Positions 1 through 12,584 of a stretch of 64,000 nucleotides of DNA are shown here, piece after piece. The first letter of the stretch is position 1. Every line of letters begins with the position of its first letter. The position numbers were made by a program, and so were the translations under genes. Location of the stretch: NCBI GenBank assembly GCA_964016885.1, contig OZ024741.1, positions 220,472,001 through 220,536,000 of the forward strand. Direction: 5' to 3'. The stretch comes from Eledone cirrhosa (taxonomy: Eukaryota). The notes beneath the pieces were generated by a model. That model ran no database searches, had not been told where the DNA came from, and saw only the letters and a program-made list of their open reading frames with translations.

Positions 1-134
1 TTATACGTACTGAGGTGTGTCTGGGTGTGAAAATATATACATATTTATGTAGATAATATACGTAGTAAGCTGTGTGTATGTGTGTGTATGTGTGTGTCTG
101 TGTGTGTAAATAAATATACATATTTATATGTGTA

Positions 135-192
<58 letters not shown>

Positions 193-210
193 TATACATA
201 TTCATATGTC

Positions 211-243
<33 letters not shown>

Positions 244-290
244 TATACGTACTGAGGTGTGTGTGCATTTGTGTCTGTAAATAGATATAC

Positions 291-346
<56 letters not shown>

Positions 347-431
347 CGTACTGAGCTGTGTGAGTGTGTGTGCAAATATATAAATATTTATATATAATTA
401 TTTTTGTATATAATATGAGAGAGGCAGAGAT

Positions 432-468
<37 letters not shown>

Positions 469-664
469 GTATACATGCATATATGCATACAGTGCTCCTT
501 TGATTTCTAATATATATACATGAAAGAGAGAGAGAGATCATATATATTTATATATATATATACGTATATATATATATATATAAAATCTCTGTCTCACATT
601 TTCTGTCACTCATATTGTATATAAATATTTATATTTACACACACACACACACCTCTGTACGTGC

Positions 665-738
<74 letters not shown>

Positions 739-784
739 ATAAATATATATCCCTCTCTGTCTCTTTCACATGTATATATATATT

Positions 785-830
<46 letters not shown>

Positions 831-852
831 TGTGCGTGTGTGTGTATGTGTG

Positions 853-891
<39 letters not shown>
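1..891. repeat. (TA)n/(CA)n microsatellite mosaic with a recurring TACGTACTGAG-type spacer
   Basis: Long TA and TG tracts. TATACGTACTGAGGTGTGT occurs at ~2 and ~244, with variants at ~57 and ~345. Confidence 0.85.
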
Positions 892-894
<3 letters not shown>

Positions 895-1360
895 CCCGTA
901 ATTCTTGAAGGAGTTGTGGGCTCATTTTAACATTCTAACCTGAACGTAGAAAGTGAGTAACGTGATATAGAAAATAAATGGAAAATAAATGGAACCCGCT
1001 ACTGTGTCTCGAAAGGGTGAAAGGCAATGTTGACCTTAGTGAGGTTACAATGATACCGCATTCAACTGTCCTGCTCACGTCTCTCCTAATCATACCTTAT
1101 ATATATATATATATAATGAGAAATAAGATAGATTAAGGGGAAGGGAGGGTTGGGATTGGAAAAAATGTTTTTAGATTGAGATTGGGCATATTGAAGGTAC
1201 CAGGCTGGGAGTGAAAAATAGACGGGTGAGAAGAAGATGGTGTAAGAAGATTGTAGTAGAGGAAAAATGGTAGAGAGTCGTGGAATATTTAAATGCAAAG
1301 AAGCAAAGAAAATTTCAATGATACGAAAGATTTCCTGGTGGAACTTCAGGTGTACTCCGG

Positions 1361-1454
<94 letters not shown>

Positions 1455-1543
1455 AGGGGGTGTAACTAGGAGTTACTGCAGCTCACCCGGGAGAGCATTC
1501 GATGTTTAGGTTCACTTCTGTGATGAGGTGTAGAGCTATACAG

Positions 1544-1600
<57 letters not shown>

Positions 1601-1623
1601 CATATATATATATATAAAATATA

Positions 1624-1855
1624 TGTTTAATATGGAAATAGCTTCTACAAGACTAGAACTGTTTTATTCAAAAGAATACATAAGGAAAGGGCTTTCCTGA
1701 TGATTTCTTATGAATGAAACAGTTCTAGCTCTGCAGAAACTATTTTTATATTAAATATGGTGTTTACACTTTACTAATATTTTGGGTACCTTATTAACTG
1801 TGGTTACCCCCGATTGAACCTGGGACTTATATATCTCCTTTTACATATCTCCTTT
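1624..1855 (+). mobile_element. Short PLE pLTR-type fold-back cassette with a degenerate hammerhead motif
   Basis: Imperfect palindrome 1624-1757 with apex GGAAAGGGCTTTCC at ~1684-1697. CTGATGA at 1697-1703 and GAAAC at 1716-1720. Bounded by (TA)n. Confidence 0.55.
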
Positions 1856-1920
1856 ATATATATATATATCCTTTTCATCAGCTTTGAACATTTTCCGGGC
1901 TTATCACCTCCGTATCGACA

Positions 1921-2072
1921 GGCGGCTAACTGTTTGTTAAAACGTCAGATAGAATGCTTTGCAGTATCCGTTTCAGCTCTCTACTCCGTGAGTTCAAATC
2001 CCGCCTAAGTCAAATTTGCCTTTCATCCCTCCGAGGTAGATAGAAAATATACCTGTCTAATATAGGGAGTGA
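1921..2072 (+). mobile_element. tRNA-derived SINE (diverged copy)
   Basis: B-box-like GAGTTCAAATCCC followed by TTTGCCTTTCATCC. Same family as the copies at 22.8-23.6 kb. Confidence 0.7.
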
Positions 2073-2111
2073 TATTTCCGGAAACTCTATAATATTTACA
2101 CCCTACTTAAG

Positions 2112-2195
2112 TACGAAGGTCCTCTGAAAAGTTTATATGCTGGCAAACACTCTCATGAAATGACCAAATAAGGTTTATTTTTCAAAATAGTCCCT
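2112..2195 (+). mobile_element. Possible mariner-like 5' terminal fragment
   Basis: TACGAAGGTCCTCTGAAAAGTT resembles a mariner TIR start. No partner TIR seen. Confidence 0.3.
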
Positions 2196-2331
2196 GGAAA
2201 GAAACAATGCAGTTATCAATAAGAAGAGTTTCAATTAATGCACACAATATTTCACAGCTCTAGCATCACTCATATATATCACCTAGTTATATGATATATA
2301 AACCATATTTTCTTCATATTGATGACATGTT

Positions 2332-2362
2332 CTGATTATCGTTTCTTCTATTCCAGGTAAGT
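2332..2362 (+). promoter_or_regulatory. Juxtaposed 3' and 5' splice sites (candidate recursive splice/ratchet point or exon end)
   Basis: Branch-like CTGAT (2332-2336), pyrimidine tract TCGTTTCTTCTATTC, CAG ending at 2356, then GTAAGT at 2357-2362. Confidence 0.45.
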
Positions 2363-2513
2363 GATTCAAGTTTGATCAACATTTCTACAGTTCTTCATAT
2401 TTACCTGACAGATCCTTTTCAACGATGCGAGGTATTTGTTTCCTTTATTTTATTTTATTATTTTTGTTTAGATCTTTCTCTTCATACACAATCCGTTGAC
2501 AAAAAATTATATA

Positions 2514-3185
<672 letters not shown>

Positions 3186-3216
3186 AAAAATCTGTGAAAT
3201 CCTTGGTACAGTTAGG

Positions 3217-3595
3217 TATATTTGAAAAAAAGGAAAAGAATGACTTCACTTGTAGTTCTAAATAATTTGATTTAATTTTGTAATATTATAATATTATGCG
3301 TTGGTAGATCTAGTAAGTTCTTTATTAACTTCGGTGGGAAGAATTTTAAAGATTCCTGGTTAACTTTCCTGGAGAAATTTCTCGCATTCGTCGTTGGCGA
3401 TTGTCAAATTGATCTCAGTTTGACAATCGCCACCGACGAATGCGAGAAAGTTCTTCAACAAAGTTAACCAGGAATCTTTAAAATTCTTCCCACCGAAGTT
3501 AACAAAGAACTTACGAGATCTACCAACGCATAAAATTAAATCAAATTATTTAGAACTACAAGTGAAGTCATTCTTTTCCTTTCTTTTCAAATATA
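3217..3595. repeat. ~380 bp imperfect palindrome, probably a PLE pLTR fold-back
   Basis: Arms of ~185 bp match in reverse complement (GAATGACTTCACTTGTAGTTCTAAATAATTTG / CAAATTATTTAGAACTACAAGTGAAGTCATTC). Apex ~3414. Confidence 0.85.
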
Positions 3596-3608
3596 TATAT
3601 ATATATAT

Positions 3609-3896
3609 AAGATATTAACAAATGGAAACTATATTCCACCAGTAATGGTTGCATCCTTTAAGGTTATGTCAATATTTATTTATAAAACTGCTCTATATTA
3701 TATTTTATCTGATGAAAGCATACCATAATTTAACTTGGTGTCCTTGAAATATGTATATTGAAATAAATATGGTTTTATAATTATAGTTTCCATTTGTTAA
3801 TATCGTATTTTTACTCCAATTATTTGTTGAGTGCTTTATATCAGTTATAAAAATATTTGCTTGTTGCATCCCAACAATTTAAATAGAACTTTTACA
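3609..3896 (+). mobile_element. Short PLE pLTR-type cassette with a 23-bp inverted repeat and a hammerhead motif
   Basis: GATATTAACAAATGGAAACTATA (3611) / TATAGTTTCCATTTGTTAATATC (3782). TATTTTAT-CTGATGA(3709)-AAGCATACCA...TGGTGTCCTT-GAAA-TATGTA-TA-TTGAAATA. TTGAGTGCT at 3827. Confidence 0.65.
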
Positions 3897-3911
3897 TATA
3901 TATATATATAT

Positions 3912-4014
3912 AACGAAGGAAATGTGGTAGGGAACCAGGTGGACCATAACGCACCAAAGTACTCAATACTTAGGGTAGTAGAGTGGGTAATATGAACAAG
4001 TCTTACTTGTTCCT
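3912..4014 (-). mobile_element. Short (TA)n-inserted repeat, family A, copy 1
   Basis: GTGGTAGGGAACCAGGTGGACCATAACGCACCAAAGTACTCAATACTTAGGGTAGTAGAGTGGG, shared with 5877, 10581 and 59817. Confidence 0.75.
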
Positions 4015-4025
4015 ATATATATACA

Positions 4026-4229
4026 TACATTTTATTAATGCTAAATAGAGGATCTTATCACTCTGCTGTTTCACATGTTTATCGCAGGGTCATCAGATAT
4101 GTCATAAACAGGTAATGTTTAATATGGAACTCCATAGTAATTCAACCCTCTATTTGCCATTAATAAAATGAATATTTAAATTCCACTTCGGAATTGAGTA
4201 CTCTTTTCTTTCAGCCATCAACCACATAC

Positions 4230-4230
<1 letters not shown>
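4026..4230. mobile_element. Short PLE pLTR-type cassette with an inverted repeat and a degenerate minus-strand hammerhead motif
   Basis: CATTTTATTAATGCTAAATAGAGG / CCTCTATTTGCCATTAATAAAATG. Minus-strand CTGATGA (4096-4090)...GAAACAGC. TTGAGTACT at 4194. Confidence 0.55.
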
Positions 4231-4300
<70 letters not shown>

Positions 4301-4509
4301 AATAGAAGTTTAGTAAAGTCGAAGTTTTGGATGTGGCCAAGCTAACGATATGCAAACCGGCATGTGCAGCAAAGCACTCGATAAGGTTGTGTCACCTTAG
4401 AGTAATAACATACGTTAGATATCTTGACAAATTGAAGACTGCGACAGGCAAGCCTAGCCACATAATACCAAAGCAACGTAAAAACCAATCAGGTCAGATA
4501 TATATATAT

Positions 4510-5045
4510 ACACGTATAAGTATGTACACGTACATACATATATGTATACAGACGTACAGTAGTATGTATATATACATACATGCACACATATATATATGTA
4601 CGTATGGATTCACCGAACATTTATTATAATGCTCGGTGTGTTTGTAAACAAACATCCCGTATTAAGCCGTAGTGTCCAGCAACCATCGTTGCTCGTTTGT
4701 TCAATACTGACAAAGGAACGCTGTACTAGTTTCAAGTTTATTAGCTATCGTCAGCAACGTATACCTTCCTGCCAGATTGTTGAACGTATATACTTACCTT
4801 ATGCATATTAACGGCTGAGTAGCCCAATTTGCATATCGAGTGGGTTAATCGGCCGGGTGCACCGAAAACGATAAACGGAAAAAATGAAACAAAATTTCAT
4901 TTCCCACTCTCAGTACGGCTGTTACTTAAATATAAGTATGTACACGTACATACATATATGTATACAGACGTACAGTAGTATGTATATATACATACATGCA
5001 CACATATATATATATGTACGTATCGATTCACCGAACATTTATTAC
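4510..5045 (-). mobile_element. Family B: ~416-bp tandem unit (1.3 copies) carrying a hammerhead (retrozyme- or pLTR-like)
   Basis: TATAAGTATGTACACGTACATACATATATGTATACAGACGTACAGTAG repeats at ~4515 and ~4931. Homologous to 44581-45900. Confidence 0.75.
4718..4760 (-). ncRNA. Type I minimal hammerhead ribozyme
   Basis: Minus strand reads ACGTTG-CTGACGA-TAGCTAATAAACTT-GAAAC-TA-GTA-CAGCGT. Stem I is 6 bp, stem III is palindromic (ACTAGT), cleavage triplet GUA. Confidence 0.75.
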
Positions 5046-5120
5046 ACACACATACATACTTCGTTTTTGTATTTCTTTTGCAAGATTTCTTATCTGAGAG
5101 CGTGTGTTAAAACAGATATT

Positions 5121-5345
5121 GTTATAATTTATGAGGGTCATGCTGCCAATAAAAACACACCTGTTGCTTTACACTTCAATTGCACATTTCCAGTTGGTTG
5201 GGTTAATAATTGAATGGTTGTTTATTTGCAGTCAAAGCTCTTTCGTCACACATGCTGTGACCTCCTCAGTGATTAATTTGTTATTTTGTGCCTCCCCTTT
5301 CTTCTGTCTAACATTTTGTAATTTTGCTTCCTGTGTTTTGTTTTA
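5121..5345 (-). mobile_element. Family D PLE 3' end/pLTR with a variant hammerhead (5231-5273)
   Basis: Minus strand ATCA-CTGAGGA-G-GTCACAGCATGTGTGAC-GAAA-GAGC-TT-TGAC. The terminus TTATTGGCAGCATGACCCTCATAAATTATAAC matches 19418, 35520 and 58352. Confidence 0.7.
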
Positions 5346-5347
5346 GT

Positions 5348-5815
5348 TCATGTATCATGATCACCGTTTTACGTCCGTTCTTCCACGCTAGCATGGGTTA
5401 GACGGGTTGTCCTGTTGTGGACAGTGTCCGGTCGGCTGACCTTGCCTTGCTCATACGGGAACTGATTCTGGCTTGATTTCTACAGCTGGATACCCTTCCT
5501 AAAACTAATCTCATTTACAGTGAGTGCTGGGTGCTTTTTTCCGTAGCGCCTACACGTCGACTTTACATTGTGTGCTGGGTGCTTTTTTTCCGTGGCACCT
5601 CTACGACCACTTTTCAGTGGGAGGGGGTGGGGCATATTGTCTATATGCTTCGGCTTGTTCCTGTGGGAAGTCGGGTCTTCTGTATTACTGCGTGACGCCA
5701 GAGGTAACGGTCGTCTGTCATCGCCCTTGAGGGGTGCAATTGGGTAAGGTCGGCTTTTATCACCCCATTCCAGGTCTTCTTGGGTCTCCCACTGGAGGGC
5801 TTCCATCGACTTCTA
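5348..5815 (-). mobile_element. RTE-clade LINE 3' fragment
   Basis: Translation GRPKKTWNGVIKADL...DDRYLWR (RTE C-terminus), then a 3' UTR ending CCGTCTAACCCATGCTAGCGTGGAAGAACGGACGTAAAACG. Confidence 0.75.
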
Positions 5816-5876
5816 GTGCTATATAATTTGTGTATGTATAGTATATTCACACACACATATATGTATATATATATAT

Positions 5877-6033
5877 AAGGAAGGAAGTGTGGTAAGGAAC
5901 CAGATGAACCATAAAGCATCAGAGTACTCTATACTTAGGATAGTAGAGTGGGTATGTTCAAGACCCCGACCGCAGAGCTCAAGCCGTTTCAACGACGGCT
6001 TGAGCTCTGCCGTCGGGGTCTTGAACATGTTCC

Positions 6034-6075
<42 letters not shown>

Positions 6076-6111
6076 GGAACATGTTCAAGACCCCGACGGC
6101 AGAGCTCAAGC
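5877..6111 (-). mobile_element. Family A copy 2 with nested double palindrome
   Basis: Hairpin 5954-6028 (apex TTTCAACG), then a second inversion around the (TA)n at 6036-6073. Confidence 0.8.
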
Positions 6112-6280
6112 TTATATATATATACTTATATATATATACTTATATATATATAAGCAGTCTGACCAGTCTAAGCTATTATTATCTGTTTAAATCTACAGTG
6201 GCTATTTTTATTACTCCCTCAACCGTTCAGCCAGTAGGATTATTAATGTTTAGCTAAAGTGTTGATAACTTTAAATCTTC

Positions 6281-6281
<1 letters not shown>

Positions 6282-6344
<63 letters not shown>

Positions 6345-6351
6345 CTCTCTC

Positions 6352-6386
<35 letters not shown>

Positions 6387-6410
6387 CTCTCTCTCTCTCA
6401 CCCTCTCTCT
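6282..6410. repeat. (CT)n/(CTAT)n microsatellite
   Basis: Direct inspection. Confidence 0.9.
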
Positions 6411-6660
6411 CGCATTCCCCTCTCATTATATATATGTGTCCAACCTCCAATATATATATATGTGTATGTGTGTATGGTCATATATATATATGTGTGTGTG
6501 TGTGTATACTCATATATATGTATGTACGTATGTATGCTCATATATATATGTACGTATGTATTCTCATATGTATAGATATATGTATATATTTTCTGTATGT
6601 ATAGATATGTACATATGCATGTATATTGACGTGTGTATATATATATATATACACACACGC

Positions 6661-6708
<48 letters not shown>

Positions 6709-9700
6709 TGTCCCTTCACTCATCTTCCCGGGACACAACGCGGGAACAGAAAAGGGGCTGCATGCCAACACAGAAACCACAATAACGCTACCCCCTGCTG
6801 CAACAATGCTGCTCTAGTCATCTCACAAAGACACGATTACAGCAACAAAAACAACAACAACAAAAGTAATGCTGCTCCAGTCTTTTCACAAAGACACAAA
6901 TACAACAACAACAACAACAACAACAACAACCACAAAAGAGGTAACTGCAACTCTATCCAATGGTGTAACCACAAATCCAATCACAAACTGCTCCCTGAAG
7001 AAGAACATTTTTCTTTTTAGCTATGAACCTAGCAAAAGAGATACAGAAAAACATTTTAGCCATCACCCAACACCATCATTGCTGTCACTAACACACAATC
7101 TCAAAACAAGCCCCCTGCAACAGTCAAATCCAGTCACCACACTAGCCTCCACATTTTTACTCAATACAGAAGGTATCAGCCCAACCATCAATGCACAGAA
7201 ATGGAAGATCCAATTCATTGAGGATTGGGTTGGTAACCATCCATTTCACATCCCCTTCTTCATTCTTACTGAGACCCACCTTGACAACTCCCACTTGGAG
7301 GCCGAAGTAAGAGTGAGAAATTTCACAACCATTCTTGCAGATCGTGTTGGCAGAAGGAAGGGTGGAACTGCCATTTTCCTGCATGATTCCTTTACAGCAG
7401 ACGATAACACAACATTCTCTAATGGCTACTGTGAATCAGTCACTGTGCACAACAAAGAACAATGACCTGGCATTAGTTGGGCTCTATAGGCCACCACAAA
7501 CACTCATAATCTGCTTCAAAGAATACCTCAACAGTATTAAATGCTTTATTAGACAGTGCCATTCTAGCAACATACATTTGATGGGAGACTTTAATCTACC
7601 CTGTGTCGATTGGTCTACAAGCAGTTGGAAACCAGGCACCCCAACCTCAACCACTGACAAAGAAGCAGTCGAGTCACTTCTTGACTTCATAAATGGGTTT
7701 TTCTTGTCCCAACTTGTCCTTGCACCAACAAGGCATCTGAAAAGCATTCTGGATCTAGTGTTTAGTAACCACACTAACACTACACACACTAACACTTCAC
7801 AGTAGAAAAAACCCTTATCTCAGATCATGACATGGTTCTTTGTAACCTGAGATTCTCACCAGCGGAAAGCTAATCCTAGGGACCTCTTTCTAACCCACCC
7901 ATTTGATAACATGTATCTCTACAATTCCAACTGGGATGCAATTATGAACGAACTATCACATGTTGACTGGTCTTTTACACACGCACACATTTCCACCAAC
8001 ATCAAAACATCTTGGCAGATCTTTGTAGATACTGTCACAAATATTTGTACAAAGAACACCCCACCAAAACCTGTGAACAAAACTAAGTGCAGTATCCCCC
8101 AAAACAGAAAAACAATAATCAGAAAAATAAAAAGAACAAACAAAAAAATTAACACACTAAAATACTGCCAATAGCAACACACACATTCGACGGCTATCGC
8201 CCTGCTTCAATAAAAAAAAATGTAACCTCCAAGAAGGTATGATAACCATCATCAATAACCAGGGAACAGCTGAAGAGAGTTGGGCCATTGAGAAAATCAA
8301 ATTCAACCCCAAAATGTTCTTTTCATTTGCTAAAAAACACTGGGTCACCGTCTCTACTGTTGGCCCCCCTAGTTGATGAAAATGGCGCACTCCAAGTTAA
8401 TGCCAAAACCATGGGCGAGATACTGCAGAAATAATACTGCTCTGTTTTCAGCAATCCTGATATGGCCGATCTGGGCTGTATCAGTGATGTTAATCCCCAA
8501 CACACTATATCAGACATAACGTTTGGCGCTTCTGATGTCTTAGCGGCAATAAACGAAATTAAACACAATTTAGCAGTAGGCCCCGACAGGTTCCCTGCTT
8601 GTGTCCTGAAGGTGTGTCGACACCAACTTGCTAATCTGTGGAGGAACTCACTGGATACTGGCTATATTCCTGAAAACCTTCTGTCCCAGTCCGTTGTCCC
8701 AGTCTTCAAAAAGGGAAATAAGTCCCTTGCAGTGAACTACCGTCCGATCTCACTCACCTCTCATATTATCAAGGTATTTGAGAGGAAGGTGGGATCACGA
8801 ATAACCCACTTTCTTGAAAGCAACGGCCTACTGAACTCCAACCAACATGGGTTCCGTAATGGAAGGGACTGCCTAACGCAGCTCCTGCATCACTTTGACG
8901 ATGTTTTGAGAACCTTGGGAGAGGGCTCCAACACTGATGTTATCTACCTTGATTTCGGCAAGGCCTTTGACAGGGTTGATCATAAGATTCTACTGAAAAA
9001 CTATCCAATATTGTGTCTCTGGAAAGTTACTACAGTGATCAAATGTTTCCTGACAGACAGAACCCAACATGTAGTCGAAGGAGTAAAATCAAGCCCTTTC
9101 AAAGTCAGCAGTGGCGTCCCACAAGGCACTGTGTTGTGCCCGCTTCTTTTCATCATCTATATTAATGACATTACTGACATCATCAGGCACAGCAACATCA
9201 GAATCTTCGCAGATGATTCCAAGCTACAAAGGGTCATCAATGAGGTGGGTGACCGGACTTGCCTTCACTCAAACCTACTGACTGTTATTCAATAAGCAGA
9301 AAAGAATAATATGCTGTTGAATGAGGATAAGTTTGAATTAATCCACTTTGGAAAAAAGGATGCCCTGAAACTACCATACTCTCTTCCTTCGGGTGAAAAT
9401 CTACTGGCATCCAATAACATCAGAGACCTGCGAGTAAGCTGGGCCACTCATATAAACAGCAAAGTTGACATGGCTCGGAGAATGTGTTCTTGGATTCTCA
9501 GAACTTTCCAGTCGAGAGATATCCACACTGTTATCCTTCTCTTCTCCACTTTTGCCCGACCCCACCCTGAATACTGTTGTCCACTGCGGTCTCCCCACAC
9601 GAAACAAAGTATCATGAAAGATGAGGTACCCCAAAGATCGATTACAAAAAAGATAGATGGCATGACAGGCCTTGACTATTGGAGTCGATTAGAAAAGCTC

Positions 9701-10057
9701 AGCCTTTATTCTCTAAAACGTCGCCGTAAGCGCTACAATATCTGCATGATGTGGAAAATATTCAATCAGCTTTGCCCAAATGATGTTGGCTTCACCTTTA
9801 ATGTACACCCAAGGCTTGTGCCTCGTGCTATCCGCCCACGGCAAATATCTCACTCGCATCTCAAAACAACAATACGGCACAATTATTTCACCTTAATTGG
9901 CCCTGCTCTCTAACATTACACCAAAACACATCAAAACATAAACAGACCCCATCATGCTCAAGAAATCTTTGGACAAATTCCTTCAAGAAATCCCGGATAA
10001 GCCTCCTACACCAGGATATACTTCCTACACCAGGATATACCTCCTACACCAGGATAT
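6709..10057 (+). mobile_element. Degenerate CR1-group LINE (APE + RT), frameshifted
   Basis: APE motifs ILTETHL, RKGGTAIF, LYRPP, MGDFNLP, PTR..ILDLVF, SDHD (ORFs 6869-7805). RT motifs GPDRFP, YRPISL, QHGFR, YLDFGKAFD, GVPQG, FADD (8462-9295). C-terminal ARPHPEYC (9311-9913). Confidence 0.9.
8462..9295 (+). pseudogene. Reverse transcriptase domain of the CR1-group LINE
   Basis: Canonical non-LTR RT motifs including FADD. Flanked by stops and frameshifts. Confidence 0.9.
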
Positions 10058-10090
10058 ACATATATATATATATACATATATATTATATAC

Positions 10091-10121
<31 letters not shown>

Positions 10122-10122
<1 letters not shown>

Positions 10123-10543
10123 TATCTGCATGATGTGGAAAATGTTCCATCATCACTGCCCAAATGATGTTGGCATCGCCTTCAAGATACACCCAAGGCT
10201 TGGGCCCCGTGCTATCCGTCCCATTCAAAAATCTAAATCGCAACTCATAACAACAATACGGCACAATTATTTCACCTCAATCGGCCCTGCTCTCTTCAAC
10301 ATCACACCAGGACACGTCAAAACAGAAACTGACCACACAAAATTCAAGAAGTCTTTGGACAAATTCCTCCAAGTAATCCCGGACAAACCACCCACACCCG
10401 GATATGTCTCCGCAAACAGTAATTCTCTTCTCGAATGGGCCATGGTGCCCAAATCCTGAATTGAAAGACTTCGCCAGGTGGTGCTATTAGGTTAGACATG
10501 GCCTGGGCCAATACTGGCCAAAACATTTCAAAGTTATTCAAAG

Positions 10544-10546
<3 letters not shown>
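10122..10546 (+). mobile_element. Second, 5'-truncated 3' end of a related CR1 subfamily with intact 3' UTR
   Basis: ORF 10130-10459 parallels 9740-10020 (MMWK..CPNDVG..RHNYFTSIGPALFN..LDKFL..IPDKP). Ends in the short repeats TTCAAAGTTATTCAAAGTTA. Confidence 0.85.
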
Positions 10547-10580
<34 letters not shown>

Positions 10581-10586
<6 letters not shown>

Positions 10587-10706
10587 TAGCCGTCGAAACG
10601 GCTTGAGCTCAGCCGTCGGGGTCTTACTTACTCCCACTCTACTACCCTAAGTATTGAGTACTTTGGTGCGTTATGGTCCACCTGGTTCCTTACCACTTTT
10701 CCCTCG

Positions 10707-10709
<3 letters not shown>
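10581..10709 (+). mobile_element. Family A copy 3
   Basis: Reverse complement of the 3912/5877 copies. Small hairpin AGCCGTCGAAACGGCT. TTGAGTACT at 10654. Confidence 0.75.
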
Positions 10710-10760
<51 letters not shown>

Positions 10761-10785
10761 GTATATATATATGTATATATATATA

Positions 10786-11500
10786 GTAAAAGAATGAAGA
10801 GTAACATGGTTGGCTGTACAATAAGGGGCTTTATTTCAAGTACTGACAATTGTTTCGTTGATCAGGTGAGTCTAGAGGTCGCTAATCGCTTGAAGTTGCG
10901 TCACTCCGTTTCCATATATTTACCTCTGGTCAACACTGCAGAGTACGTACACTATCTATGTACTCTGCAGTGTTGACCAGAGGTAAATAATGTAATGGAG
11001 ATCGAGTGACGCAACTTCAAGCTATTAGCGACCTCTAGACTCACCTGATCAACGAAACAATTGTCAGTACTTGAAATAAAGCCCCTTATTGTACAGCCAA
11101 CCATGTTACTCTTCATTATTACTCCAAGTATAGCAGCTCGCCCCTCAGATACCACTGGTTCACTGTCCTATGCACGCTGTCACATCCCTCTGCCGGGTGT
11201 TGCAGGACGGTTTTCTTATATTTTCTTAGTTGTCTGGAATGTATAGTCTTACACACGCTGATGAGCCATAGGCGCTTCCATTTCAGTCAATAATTTCTTG
11301 GCGAAACAGATCTCTTTGGCTTCGTACGTGTGTGTTACATAGATATAGAGGTGCGTATGTGCATTTTAAATTATATTTTTAATTATTGTGTCTACCCTGC
11401 CTTCCATAGTTTATAGTTTCCATACACTGGTGGTTTCCCTGTTTTATTGATGGCACACGCTCTTTCTCTCTCTCTAGTGTGTTACCCTGTCTACATAGTG

Positions 11501-11505
<5 letters not shown>
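10786..11505 (+). mobile_element. (TA)n-bounded PLE pLTR-type cassette: 325-bp palindrome plus two hammerhead motifs
   Basis: Palindrome 10793-11117 (apex ~10953). Degenerate hammerhead 10960-11070 (GTACT-CTGCAGT...GAAAC-AATT-GTC-AGTAC). Intact-looking hammerhead 11251-11333. Confidence 0.75.
11251..11333 (+). ncRNA. Type I hammerhead ribozyme with a complete consensus core
   Basis: ACACACG-CTGATGA-GCCA...TGGC-GAAAC-AGATCTCTTTGGCTTC-GTA-CGTGTGT. 7-bp stem I, 4-bp stem II, GUA triplet. Confidence 0.85.
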
Positions 11506-12290
<785 letters not shown>

Positions 12291-12584
12291 GCATGTTGTG
12301 TATGTCTTAGTGTTGGCTCGTTATCGTTGGTCGAAGCTGCAGTAGTGCTCTCGTTGGAGTCTGTCCAGTCGGCTATTTGAACCTGCAGACAGAAAATATC
12401 TATTGATAACGTATTGGTCACTATCAATATAGTGCAATAAAGCCTTTAGTGATTATTGGGTTAGACTGCGCAACACACTCTCCTTTCACTGGTCAGCTTT
12501 ATCTTACTATAAATAGCCAGGGTGATGAGGAGGAGTAGGAGGGAGAGGGGAGGAGGAGGAGAAGGAGGGTGGTGTTGAGGAGGA

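Noticed and set aside
1114-1340. Purine-rich segment with ORFs on both strands
   Set aside because: No diagnostic motif. Possibly an old LINE fragment, but not supportable.
12294-12475. Possible solo LTR (TGTTGTG...AATAAA...CGCAACA)
   Set aside because: No target-site duplication and no second copy in the window. Too weak to call.
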